A DNA stretch of 64,000 nucleotides. It comes from Alphaproteobacteria bacterium (lineage in GTDB: Bacteria > Pseudomonadota > Alphaproteobacteria > MPNO01 > UBA830). Positions 48,101 through 56,668 of the stretch are shown in pieces. Position numbers and translations under genes: made by a program. Position 1 is the first letter of the stretch; each line of letters begins with the position of its first letter. The DNA is taken from contig OZ219790.1 of assembly GCA_964291215.2 (NCBI GenBank), positions 832,001-896,000 of the forward strand, given 5' to 3'. The notes under the pieces were generated by a model. It worked only from the letters and a program-made list of their open reading frames with translations. It had not been told where the DNA came from and made no database searches.

Positions 48101-48541
48101 GGTCCAGCCGCCCCGCGGTTGGCGAGATACAAGTCCGGCTCGCTTTACAGCTTCGCCGATGACCGCAACGGGGTTGTCGCGCCGGGCAACCACGGGAAGG
48201 ACACGCCAGCCCTTCGAGCCGGCCGGCAATGCCTCCCGGACCGTCCTCGTGACCTTCCGGCCGAAGACCCTGGCAGCTTTTGCGCGCAATCGGGCATTGC
48301 CGTTCAGCAAGGCGCTGAACGCGACGATCAGGCTCGACTTGCCGCTGCCGTAAGGGCCGGTCCAAGTATATGCGCCCTGTCCGGTTTCGGAAACATGCCG
48401 GGCCATCGTCAAGAGAATGTCGGCGAAGGATTGCGGACAGATGAAGCCTTCAAGGCTCGCGGCATCGCCGAAGTCGGAGTCGATGCGGACCGATCGGAGG
48501 AAACGGCGGGCAATGCGGACACGATCGCCGAAAGGCATCAC
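45146..48541 (-). CDS. Large P-loop ATPase (SspC/BrxC-like)
   Basis: FLRSVRIDSD, TGPYGSGKS, LFIDEMGKFLE, EWAKIQGRF, WPLHP, QNQRSIFGFL, PPFGVKDG. Confidence 0.82.
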   Translation of the reverse strand: MMPFGDRVRIARRFLRSVRIDSDFGDAASLEGFICPQSFADILLTMARHVSETGQGAYTWTGPYGSGKSSLIVAFSALLNGNARLRAKAARVFGRKVTRTVREALPAGSKGWRVLPVVARRDNPVAVIGEAVKRAGLVSRQPRGGWTEANLIATLTGAAAEKPATHGGLVLFIDEMGKFLEAAAQDGSDIYILQQLAEAASRSNGRLLMVGVLHQAFEEYARRLSHEMRDEWAKIQGRFVDLVVNTAGEEQIDLISRAIDSDHRPTKPGALASAVAGLSLPGHPRDAERLAAVLEACWPLHPVVSCLLGPISRRRFGQNQRSIFGFLNSAEPHGFQDFLNRASGRHLYGPERLWDYLRVNLEPSILASPDGHRWALAAEALERCEAIGGDALHVRLLKTIAVIDLFKENSGLVPNSGLLRTCFPEVSDSELEKTLTQLDTWSFTIFKKFLDARAIFAGSDFDIDRAVRAALDETGEVDFRGLESLAGLQPILAKRHYHDTGALRWFDVNIVPVGGLAEFTTGPGPRNGAIGQFLLTIPTGGESRRNAEALCRKAARCSDEWDTVVGISQRSWTIMPLARELLALDRVADAHPELAGDTVARREVSARLAALQAVLETELHKAFDSALWFRKGHRAKRFRQADLNGIASELADRRFDKSPRLHNELLNRRKPSSNAIAAQNNLLRRMVLNQGAPRLGIDGFPAERGLFASLLEATGLYARSENAWRFVSPTTGHDDPCRLGPIWEWASQFVEQNANRAVAISELFDEWRQPPFGVKDGLMPILAVAFILSQRDRLAVYRNGVFRAIFDDVDVDYLAKDAAFVQLRWMDLTGLARGLLSGMAQIVRDLDETNELTYLKPIDVGRGLVAIYDRLPRWTERTMRLSSNAVSIRELFKRAHDPNQFLFDDIPGTLGEDVSLGDEDALRGVIGSVRAGLEELVQAYPSMLYRLRDLMLAELQVPNCSPQALAELRERAENIRQLAGDFRLDAFVGRLMQFDGSHDSFEGIASLAANKPPRDWVDPDLDRAAIELADMAQKFLRTETYARVKGRPDKRQALAVVIGMDGRPAPLLEEFEIADTDRAAVNELVERVAAALEKADNSHRSIILAALAELSTRYMQQPAPVEEKRNGRVAS

Positions 48542-49494
48542 GCGGCCTCCTTCCCGGCAAGCGCCCCGTAGTCGTCTGGAATCCGGGACAGGATTGACCC
48601 GTCGTCGAGGTCGATGTTGCGTTCAACCTGCCTGAGGCCGGCGGTTTCGGACCACTGCAAGGCGCCGTCCGTTGCCCCGCCGAGGGCGGACAGGCGGTCG
48701 GCGACATCGTTCTCGTCGAAAAGGAATACGCGCCCGGGGCCACCGGGGGCATGTGCAATGGCTTCGAATGACAGGGTAGATGCAGTGGAATACTGTCGCC
48801 AGAAATCCAGGAGCGCATATATGAAGATACCGTTACCCAAGGTTGTCTTCGCCCCGCGCACGAAACGGAATCCGTCTTTCTGGCCAACAGCCTTGATAAG
48901 GCCCAATTCGGTCAGCGGCGATTCAAGTGCGTCGTCGTGGCCCGCATTGCCTGAAGGTTGACGCGCGACATAGGTGCGAATGAAGCAGGCGACATCGTTC
49001 CTGATCGTCTTGCTGGCGGCGCGGGACCACTGGCGGTCCGTTGCAAGACGATCGAGTCTCCTGATCAGTGACTCTCGCTCGAAGGTGACGGCGGGGTAGT
49101 GGTTAAATGCCCAGAACCATGTCGTCTTGTCTGCATGAGCTGCGAACTGCCAATGGATGAGCCACAGCGTTGCAGGATGCTCCATGTACGGGTCAAGACC
49201 TTCGGAGCCGAACAACAGGCGACCGAGTGTCGTCGTGCGAACCGAATTGGCCGCAGGCTCCTCGACCACGCCGGCTGCCTTCGCCCAATGGCGTATGGAC
49301 GCGACCATGTTCCTGCCGACGCCGAAGCGCGCTATGGCCTCTTCTCCCCAACAGGCAGCCCGGTTCTCGGGCCGATGCTCGGTCCCTGCGACTCGGTCGA
49401 ACGCCTTCTTGAGCCATCCGTAACGGAGCGGGAAGGTCTCATGGCCTGAAAACTGCGGGTTGTAGGTGTTCTGATAGAGCGGTCCACGCACCAT
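48538..49494 (-). CDS. DUF4007-family protein (SspB-like)
   Basis: FSGHETFPLRYGWLKK, FGVGRNMVASIRHW, DPYME...LWLIHW, SPLTELGLI, ETAGLRQ; GAGGA RBS before ATG 49494. Confidence 0.88.
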   Translation of the reverse strand: MVRGPLYQNTYNPQFSGHETFPLRYGWLKKAFDRVAGTEHRPENRAACWGEEAIARFGVGRNMVASIRHWAKAAGVVEEPAANSVRTTTLGRLLFGSEGLDPYMEHPATLWLIHWQFAAHADKTTWFWAFNHYPAVTFERESLIRRLDRLATDRQWSRAASKTIRNDVACFIRTYVARQPSGNAGHDDALESPLTELGLIKAVGQKDGFRFVRGAKTTLGNGIFIYALLDFWRQYSTASTLSFEAIAHAPGGPGRVFLFDENDVADRLSALGGATDGALQWSETAGLRQVERNIDLDDGSILSRIPDDYGALAGKEAA

Positions 49495-49652
49495 TCGTTC
49501 CTCGGCTACTGGACCCTGCATCCAGTGGTTCGACTCTAGCGCACGGCCTGTGCTACGGTCAACGGAAACTGGAGACCTCCGCCAGACGGAGACACAGGGC
49601 CGAATCTCGACCCTGCGGTACCCACCAAATCACGCCAACATATTGTTATATA

Positions 49653-50861
49653 ATGAAAATTGGACAAACGATCTATCTGGACCATCAGGCCACGACGCCT
49701 TTGGATCCGCGCGTCTTGGCCGAAATGGCTCCCTGCCACGGCGAATCGTTCGGGAATCCGCACTCCTCGGATCACAGCTTCGGCTGGCAGGCCGCGCGTG
49801 CGATTGAAGAAGCCGCTGCGCGATTCGCACGGTTCATCGGAGCGGACCCCGACGAAGTCTTTTTCACCTCCGGCGCAACCGAATCCAACAACATGGCGTT
49901 GCTCGGGCTCGGACGCAGGGCCGCCCGGGGAGACCGCCGCCGTATCCTGGTCAGTGCCATCGAGCACAAGTGCGTGCTCGCATCGGTTCGAGCGCTTGAA
50001 GAACAGTACGGGTACGCCGTCGAGCGGATCCCGGTGGACCGACAGGGCCTCGTCGATCTCGAGGCGTTTGACGACATGCTCGGCGAAGACATCCTCGTTG
50101 TGTCGGTCATGGCCGTGAACAACGAAATCGGATCGATTCAGGATATCGAGACCATATCCGATCGTGTTCGTCCGCATGGGATCGTGTTTCATTGCGATGC
50201 GGCACAAGCGCCTCTCGGCATGCCGAGAGGCGCGCTTGCAATGCATGCGGACCTGCTGAGTTTCTCCGGTCACAAGATGTACGGTCCGAAAGGGGTCGGA
50301 ATCATCTTCATCGCGCGCGCGCTGCAAGACCGGATCGAACCGCTGATTTACGGCGGTGGTCAGCAGGACGGGCTTCGCTCGGGAACGCTCCCGGTGCCGC
50401 TCTGCGTGGGCATGGGCGCGGCCAGTCATTTGCTGAACAGCGAAGAAGCGCGAAAGAAACTCGAGGAACTGTCCCTCCGCCGCGACGCTTTCGTGCGTCT
50501 CCTGACAGGTCTGGACCGGTCCGTTCGATCAATCGGCCCCGAAGGCGAGTCACGGCATCCGGGCAATGCAAGCATCTGTTTCCACGGGTTCTCGGCGCAC
50601 GAGATACTCGGGGCGCTTCAACCCCGTCTTGCCGCTTCAACAGGCTCTGCGTGCACATCGGGTATTCCGGAGCCGTCTCATGTGCTGAGGGCGGTCGGCC
50701 TCAACAGTGACGATGCTGAAGCGACCATACGTTTCAGCCTGGGCTTCGGAACGACCGATGAAGACATCGGGCAAGCCGTGGCGCTGATTGAAGAGGTCTT
50801 GGCGAAAATGCTCAAAGCCGGATCGCGGAATGTCAGGCCCAACTTCAACAGTGACGATTAA
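49653..50861 (+). CDS. Cysteine desulfurase (IscS/DndA/SspA-like)
   Basis: YLDHQATTP, FTSGATESNN, SGHKMYGPKG (PLP Lys), RSGT, STGSACTS (catalytic Cys), IRFSLG; divergent from the DUF4007 operon. Confidence 0.93.
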   Translation: MKIGQTIYLDHQATTPLDPRVLAEMAPCHGESFGNPHSSDHSFGWQAARAIEEAAARFARFIGADPDEVFFTSGATESNNMALLGLGRRAARGDRRRILVSAIEHKCVLASVRALEEQYGYAVERIPVDRQGLVDLEAFDDMLGEDILVVSVMAVNNEIGSIQDIETISDRVRPHGIVFHCDAAQAPLGMPRGALAMHADLLSFSGHKMYGPKGVGIIFIARALQDRIEPLIYGGGQQDGLRSGTLPVPLCVGMGAASHLLNSEEARKKLEELSLRRDAFVRLLTGLDRSVRSIGPEGESRHPGNASICFHGFSAHEILGALQPRLAASTGSACTSGIPEPSHVLRAVGLNSDDAEATIRFSLGFGTTDEDIGQAVALIEEVLAKMLKAGSRNVRPNFNSDD

Positions 50862-50925
50862 AAATATTCGATATCACAACGAGTTATACCGGCACGGCCG
50901 AGTGTACCCACTACATTTCGTTGAT

Positions 50926-51133
50926 TTGCCGTGAAAATTATTGGGGATCGGGCGCGCAAAAACCCCTCCCCGCCAAAGCACTGCTCCCGAGGCGTCCGAT
51001 ACTCGCCATCTGCGGCACCCGTCTTGCGGACCGTGACCGGTAGGCAACCCCGTAAAAGCCCGAAGTCCCGCCCGCGCGGCCGGCACCTGTTTTCATGATA
51101 CGGGGTGGCCGACCCGCCCGGCAATGAAGGTTT
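50926..51133. mobile_element. Non-coding IS110-type mini-element, copy 1
   Basis: Starts TTGCCGTGAAA like the adjacent IS110 end; ends TTTCAT...CGGGG...ATGAAGGTTT like the other IS110 end; 201-bp core differs from copy 2 at 2 positions. Confidence 0.72.
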
Positions 51134-51162
51134 TGAGGGGATCAGGCTTTGTGTTCGCGCCA

Positions 51163-51370
51163 TTGCCGTGAAAATTATTGGGGATCGGGCGCGCAAAAAC
51201 CCCTCCCCGCCAAAGCACTGCTCCCGAGGCGTCCGATACTCGTCATCTGCGGCACCCGTCTTGCGGACCGTGACCGGTAGGCAACCCCGTAAAAGCCCGA
51301 AGTCCCGCCCGCGCGGCCGGCACCTGTTTTCATGATACGGGGTGGCCGACCAGCCCGGCAATGGACGTTT
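51163..51370. mobile_element. Non-coding IS110-type mini-element, copy 2, fused to the IS110 end
   Basis: Direct repeat of copy 1 (period 237 bp); ends ATGGACGTTT, and the last TT is the first TT of the IS110 end TTGCCGTGAAAC. Confidence 0.72.
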
Positions 51371-51531
51371 GCCGTGAAACAGATTCGGCCGAAGGGCGCG
51401 CGGAGGGGTTCCAACGCCGTGTTGCGGAGTTGGGGTCGGTGGCCGAGATCGGCGCGGCAGGGACGAGCGTTGGACTTCCCCGATGTGGCCCGTAGCAGTC
51501 CCGCGTTGCCGGCTGGCGTGTTTCAGGGGGC

Positions 51532-52785
51532 TCAGGCGGCCTTGAGTTCTGGCGCGTTGACGGGTGCGATGTAGCCGTATCGTCGGAGCATTCGGATCCA
51601 GCGCGGGGCGTTGCGTTTGACCATCAGAGCGTCGTAGTCGGCGGTGCGGTCGTAGTAGGGCGTGGCGGTCTTGAGGACGACATGGATGATGCGCAGCATC
51701 TTGTGGGCGCCGGCGACGATGGCGCGCTTGTAGCCGCGCCGTGCGGCAAGCGCGCGGTGGTGGGCCTCGAACTGGCATCCTTTGGTTCGGGCGGCGCCGT
51801 GGGCGCACTCGACGAGACTGGCGCGCAGGGTTCTGGAGCCCTTTCGGGTGCGCGCGTTGCGGCGCTTTCCGCCGCTCTCGTTGTTGCCGGGGCACAGCCC
51901 GGCCCAGGCGGCGAAGTGCTCCCTGGAGGCGAAGGCCTCGATATCGGGTCCGATCTCGATCAGGATGGTCGAGGCGGCGGTGCGGTCGATCCCGGGGATG
52001 GTGGTCAGCAGACGGAGCTGCTGCTCCCACGGCGTCATCTGCCCGTCGATCCTGTCAGTGCAGGAGGCGATGCGCGCCTCCAGCGCGTCATGCTCCGCCA
52101 GCAGGTCGCCGAGCATGAAGCGGTCGTTGTCGCCCAGGCTGAGCGAGAGCGCCTCGCCGAGCCCTTCCAGCTTGCTGGCGACATGGCCGGTGAGCGAGGC
52201 AAGAATGACCTCGCGCTCCACGCCCTGCGCCAGGCCGTCGAGGATCCTGCGCCCGTTGAGTCCGAAGACGTCGGAGAGGATGCCGCCGATGCGCACGCCG
52301 GCGCGGTCGATGATCTTCTGGACGCGGTTGCGCACGGTGGAGCGCTGCCTGACCAGAACCCGCCGCTGGCGGCTCAGGGCGCGCAACTCCCGGAACGGCT
52401 CGGGCGGCACATGGGACGGCGTGCAGAGCCCGAACTGGCACACGCAGGCCAGCCATACGCTGTCGGCCACGTCGGTCTTGCGCCCCTTCAACTGCTTCAC
52501 CTGCTGCGCGTGCACCAGGATCGCCTCGATCCCGGCCGCTTCCAGGGCCGCGAAGGGCGCCTGCCAGTAGATGCCGGTCCCTTCCATCACCGCAGCCTCG
52601 ACGCCGTGTGCGCTCAGCCAGGAGACCATCGCCTCCAGACCGCTGGGCAGCGTGCCGAAGCAGCGCGTCTCGACCACCGGCTCGCCCTCGCCCTCGCACA
52701 GGCGAACCGTCGCGGTAATCTCCATCTTGTGCACGTCCAGACTCGCCGCGCGCGCCCGGACAACATGCAAGCCTTCCGTCTTCAT
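51532..52785 (-). CDS. IS110-family recombinase/transposase
   Basis: DEDD residues LDVHK, VMEGTG, RKTDVADS; TIPGI; WAGLCPGNNESGGK (Ser motif); AHKML; GAGGAG RBS. Confidence 0.95.
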   Translation of the reverse strand: MKTEGLHVVRARAASLDVHKMEITATVRLCEGEGEPVVETRCFGTLPSGLEAMVSWLSAHGVEAAVMEGTGIYWQAPFAALEAAGIEAILVHAQQVKQLKGRKTDVADSVWLACVCQFGLCTPSHVPPEPFRELRALSRQRRVLVRQRSTVRNRVQKIIDRAGVRIGGILSDVFGLNGRRILDGLAQGVEREVILASLTGHVASKLEGLGEALSLSLGDNDRFMLGDLLAEHDALEARIASCTDRIDGQMTPWEQQLRLLTTIPGIDRTAASTILIEIGPDIEAFASREHFAAWAGLCPGNNESGGKRRNARTRKGSRTLRASLVECAHGAARTKGCQFEAHHRALAARRGYKRAIVAGAHKMLRIIHVVLKTATPYYDRTADYDALMVKRNAPRWIRMLRRYGYIAPVNAPELKAA

Positions 52786-52955
52786 CCTCTTCTCCTCATT
52801 GCGCGCTCTCGCCACGATCGCACAGGATCACGATGTGGCATCGCCACGGTGGAGGCGGGGACAGCGGTCGGAAGGACACGCATCCGCCATGCGGGTGCGG
52901 TTCGTTTTGCCGCGCGTCCACGGCCAATGGCCGGGCACAATACGGGGTGCGGATC

Positions 52956-54407
52956 GATCGTGTCCCGAGCCGTGGTGTAAGAGCCTGGCGCCCGTGGCGG
53001 TGTCCGGCGGGTAGGGCCGGTAGGCTCATGCTGCCACGGCGGGCAGCTTGACGGTTGCATTGTCGCTCACGGGAGCGATGGATTCCAGCGTTACGTATCT
53101 GGCTCTCTGGACGGCCCATTCGTCGTTCTGCTCGAGCAGGATGGCACCGATCAGGCGGGTGATGGCGTTCTCGTTGGGGAAGATGCCGACGGTGTTGGTG
53201 CGCCGCTTGATCTCGCCATGGAGGCGTTCGAGCGGGTTTGTGGAGTGCAGCTTGGCGCGATGCGCGGCCGGGAAGGTCATGTAGGCGAGAACATCGTGCT
53301 CGGCCTCGTCCATGATGGCGGCGAGCTTCGGCGCCTTGGGCCTGAGCTGGTCGGCGACCTGGCGCCACTGGGCGGAGGCGCTGTCTGCATCCTCCTGGGC
53401 GAAGGCGGTGGTGACGAAGGCGGAGACGACGCGCCGGCCCTGCTTGCCGGCATGGGCGAGCAGGTTGCGCATGAAATGCACGCGGCATCTCTGCCATGTG
53501 GCGCCGAGGATGCGGGTCGCGGCGGCCTTCAGGCCCTTGTGGTCGTCGGAGATCACCAGCTTGACGCCGCGCAGGCCGCGCCGGGCGAGCGAGCGCAGGA
53601 AGTCGGTCCAGAAGGTCTCGGCCTCGGACGCGCCGATCGCCATGCCGAGCACCTCGCGCCGGCCCTGGTCGTTGACCGCCACCGCGATGGTGACCGCGAC
53701 CGAGACGATGCGCCCGGCCTCGCGCATCTTCACATAGGTCGCGTCCAGCCACAGATACGGCCAGTCGCCCTCCAGCGGCCGGTCGAGGAAGTCGCGGATC
53801 TTGTCGTCGATCTCGCCGCACAGCCTGGACACCTGGCTCTTGGAGATGCCCGACATGCCCATCGCCTGCACCAGGTCGTCGACCGAGCGGGTGGATACGC
53901 CCTTGATGTAGGCCTCCTGGATCACCGCCGTCAGCGCCTTCTCCGCCATCCGCCGCGGCTCAAGGAAGCCCGGGAAGTAGCTCCCCTTGCGCAGCTTCGG
54001 GATCTTCAGCTCGACCGTGCCGGCGCGCGTCTCCCAGACCCGGTCGCGGTAGCCGTTGCGGTGCGTGATCCGGTCCGGCGAACGCTCGCCGTGCCCGGCG
54101 CCCGCAAGGCCCTCAACCTCAAGCGCCATCAGACGCGCGGCCGTGAACCCGATCATCTCGCGAAGCAGATCGGCGTCGGAACTCTTCTCCAACAGCGCCC
54201 GCAGGGTCATCATGTCGGTGGTGGTCATCGTGGTACTCCTCCGGTCGGATGGACTGTGGAAGCCCAACCCTACCGGCACCGCGATGGCCATCCGCTATGG
54301 ATAAGTGGCCCGCCGCCGCCAGACTCCAGACGGTCGCGGCGGCGGGCCACTTACCCACAGCTACCGATGGTGGCTCCAGCTCCTACACCACGCCTGGGGG
54401 CACGACC
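52956..54407 (-). mobile_element. IS256-family element with terminal IRs and 9-bp target duplication
   Basis: IRs TCGTGTCCCGAGCCGTGGTGTAAGAGC / TCGTGCCCCCAGGCGTGGTGTAGGAGC (23/27); TSD GTGCGGATC at 52947-52955 and 54408-54416. Confidence 0.93.
53026..54228 (-). CDS. IS256-family transposase
   Basis: [52 protein letters not shown]. Confidence 0.95.
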   Translation of the reverse strand: MTTTDMMTLRALLEKSSDADLLREMIGFTAARLMALEVEGLAGAGHGERSPDRITHRNGYRDRVWETRAGTVELKIPKLRKGSYFPGFLEPRRMAEKALTAVIQEAYIKGVSTRSVDDLVQAMGMSGISKSQVSRLCGEIDDKIRDFLDRPLEGDWPYLWLDATYVKMREAGRIVSVAVTIAVAVNDQGRREVLGMAIGASEAETFWTDFLRSLARRGLRGVKLVISDDHKGLKAAATRILGATWQRCRVHFMRNLLAHAGKQGRRVVSAFVTTAFAQEDADSASAQWRQVADQLRPKAPKLAAIMDEAEHDVLAYMTFPAAHRAKLHSTNPLERLHGEIKRRTNTVGIFPNENAITRLIGAILLEQNDEWAVQRARYVTLESIAPVSDNATVKLPAVAA

Positions 54408-55026
54408 GTGCGGATCCGACCGCCGGAAGCAGTTTTGGCGTCGGGAACTACGTCACCGATAAAGCAACGCTCACGCGTCCCCGCCTCCGCCATCAGCCAC
54501 CCTGCCACAGCAGAAGCCGCCAAGCCCCTGTTTCATCAAACGGGGCGGCTCAGAACGCAGAGACCATGAAGGTTTTGGGCGTTTGGAGATGCGCTGCGGC
54601 TCGTTGTCTGGTTTCTTTCGCTGCCCCGGGCGCGTCCGGAGCGTTTGATGATCGGGCCGGGGGCAATTTTCGCGCCGATCCGGTGCTCATCGGGACCGAC
54701 CGGGCGCGCGTTTTCCTCCGGCGTCGTGCCGGTGGGTTTTCAGTGGCGCTGTGTGGCGCGGGGCTCAGGCGGTCGAGGGCGTCGGCGGCGGCATGGCGAG
54801 GCCCATACGCCGGCGTGCCGCCATCAGATGCGTGCCGCCGTTGCCGAGCACGAGTGTAATCTGGCGGCCATGGTGGACGACCCGGGCGACGAGGTGGATC
54901 CACATCGCGCGCAGAGCGATAAACCCTCACCATTCCTTCACCCGCTCGGTGAAAACCAGATGCACAACCCCGTTGCGCTCAAATCAGCCTACACAAGCGA
55001 TCAGAACACTCTCCACCCCACCAAAG

Positions 55027-55306
55027 CTCGCCGATCAGGGAGGCCTATGACAGCGCCAAAAACCGCCAACTCGCCCACAAAAGAGGCGCCCTGACCGTCA
55101 TCCCCTACCGCAAGAACACCAAAAACAGGCCAAAGTGGTTCGCAAGGGCGCTCTACAGGGCACGCGCCCGCGCCGAACAGGCTGTCGGCAAGCTCAAACG
55201 CTTCAAGCGCATCGCCCTGCGCTGCGAAAAGACCGCCACTAACTTCAGTTCCTTCGTCGCACTCGCCACCGCATTCATCTTGATCAAATCCGTCCACAGA
55301 ACCTAG
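55027..55306 (+). pseudogene. IS5-family transposase 3' fragment
   Basis: AYDSAKNR...LYRARARAEQAVGKLKRFKRIALRCEKT...IKSVHRT* ending at CTAG. Confidence 0.8.
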
Positions 55307-55480
55307 GGTTCCTCTTTTCCGGGCGAGTTGGCGGTTTTTGGCGCCGCCATAGGCCTTGTCGGCGACGACAGCGCGGGTCCGATGTGCATCAGGGTCTCGG
55401 AATGCGGACAGTCCGCGGCCTCGCGGCCGGTCAGGCCGAAGGCGGCCGGCAGGCTGTCGAAATCCGTCTTCAAGGATCAC
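55303..55480 (-). pseudogene. Second IS5-family transposase fragment, inverted, cut at CTAG
   Basis: AVVADKAYGGAKNRQLARKRGT, near-duplicate of the 55043-55095 segment on the other strand. Confidence 0.72.
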
Positions 55481-55495
55481 CTCCCGGACCGCGGC

Positions 55496-56668
55496 CTACA
55501 GGATGTCGGCGGCGATGCTGTTCGCGATTCGCGCGGCCGCCTCGTGCACCGACTCGCGCGCGAGATGCGCATAGCGCGCCGTGGTCTCGACCTGGCTGTG
55601 GCCGAGCAGCTTGCCGATCATCGGCAGGGACTCCCCGAGCGCCAGGGCCCTGGACGCGTAGCTGTGGCGGAGGTCGTGAAGCCGCACGCCCTTGAGCCCG
55701 GCGCGCTCCCGGAGGGTCTGCCAGGCGCCGTCGATGTCGGTCATGTGCGTGCCCGGCCTGTGCCCCGGAATGACCCAGGGATTGCCGGGCCTGCGGGGCA
55801 GCGCCGCCAGCAGCCGCACCGCCGAGGGCGGCAGCGGCACCGCGCGCGGGCCGGTCTTCGCGTCGGCCAACGCCAGCTCGCCCGCGTCCAGGTCCACGTC
55901 GTCCCACCTCAGCGTCAGGATCTCGTTCTTGCGGCACCCGGTCAGCATCAGCAGCCGGATCGCCGTCACCGCGCCCGCCGACGCGCCGCCCTGCGTCTCC
56001 GCCCCGTCCAGCACCCGGCCCAGCTTCTCGAACTCCGCCCCGGTCAGAAACCGCTCGCGGCGTTTCGACGGGTACCTCGTCAACGACCCGCACGGGTTGA
56101 CCCCGTCCGCCACCATGCCCCAGCCCTCGGCCAGACGGTACATGTGCGAGAGCGTTGCCACCGCCATGTTCGCCATCGCGGGCCGGTCGCCGAGACCGTG
56201 ATGCAGCTCCAGGACATCGCGGGGCTCGACCGCCGCCAGCGCCAGACCGCCGAGCCCGGGCACGATGTGCCGCTCGACCACGCTGCGCGTCGTCCTCGCG
56301 GTCTTGGGCTTGCAGCGCACCGCCACATGCTCCTCGAGGTAGCGCGCCGCGAGGTCGGCCACGGTCGGCCCCTGCGCCAGCTTCGCCGCCAGCGGCTCCG
56401 GCACCGGGTCCTCGCCCGCCTTCACCCGCGCGATGACCAGCGCCGCCCGGCGCCTGGCCTCCTCCGCGTTGAGCACCCCGTGACGGCCCACCGTGACACG
56501 CCTCGGCCCCCCGGGTCCCCGCGCCTGCGCGACATAGACCCTGCCGCCGCCGGGATAGGCCCGCACCCCGAAGCCCTTCAGCTCACGGTCCCAGAACACC
56601 GTGTCCCGCTCCACTTCCAGCGCCGCCACCATGCGGTTGGAGATCGTCCGCCTGCGCGTTCCCCTCAT
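55496..56668 (-). CDS. Tyrosine recombinase/integrase with N-terminal arm-binding (DUF4102-like) domain
   Basis: FWDRELKGFGVR; catalytic LTGCRKNEI, AKTG, HDLRH, LLGH, TARYAH; ATGA overlap with the upstream integrase. Confidence 0.93.
   Translation of the reverse strand: MRGTRRRTISNRMVAALEVERDTVFWDRELKGFGVRAYPGGGRVYVAQARGPGGPRRVTVGRHGVLNAEEARRRAALVIARVKAGEDPVPEPLAAKLAQGPTVADLAARYLEEHVAVRCKPKTARTTRSVVERHIVPGLGGLALAAVEPRDVLELHHGLGDRPAMANMAVATLSHMYRLAEGWGMVADGVNPCGSLTRYPSKRRERFLTGAEFEKLGRVLDGAETQGGASAGAVTAIRLLMLTGCRKNEILTLRWDDVDLDAGELALADAKTGPRAVPLPPSAVRLLAALPRRPGNPWVIPGHRPGTHMTDIDGAWQTLRERAGLKGVRLHDLRHSYASRALALGESLPMIGKLLGHSQVETTARYAHLARESVHEAAARIANSIAADIL

Larger units (their letters stand above)
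51369..54575 (-). mobile_element. IS110-family element (carrying a nested IS256)
   Basis: Ends inferred from motifs shared with the mini-elements: TTGCCGTGAAA at 51369 and CCTGTTTCAT...CGGGGCGG...CATGAAGGTTT ending 54575. Confidence 0.7.

Noticed and set aside
42506-50861. Canonical DndABCDE or type 4 BREX
   Set aside because: No SMC-like DndD or DndE, and no PglZ or BrxL recognised; gene content fits an SspABCD-like core.
50926-51380. CRISPR array interpretation of the repeat-spacer-repeat pattern
   Set aside because: Repeats are ~200 bp, only two full copies, no cas genes; the ends match the adjacent IS110.
54576-55026. Possible further IS remnant hosting the IS110 nest
   Set aside because: Only a vague C-terminal-like frame; no catalytic motif or matching terminal repeats could be confirmed.
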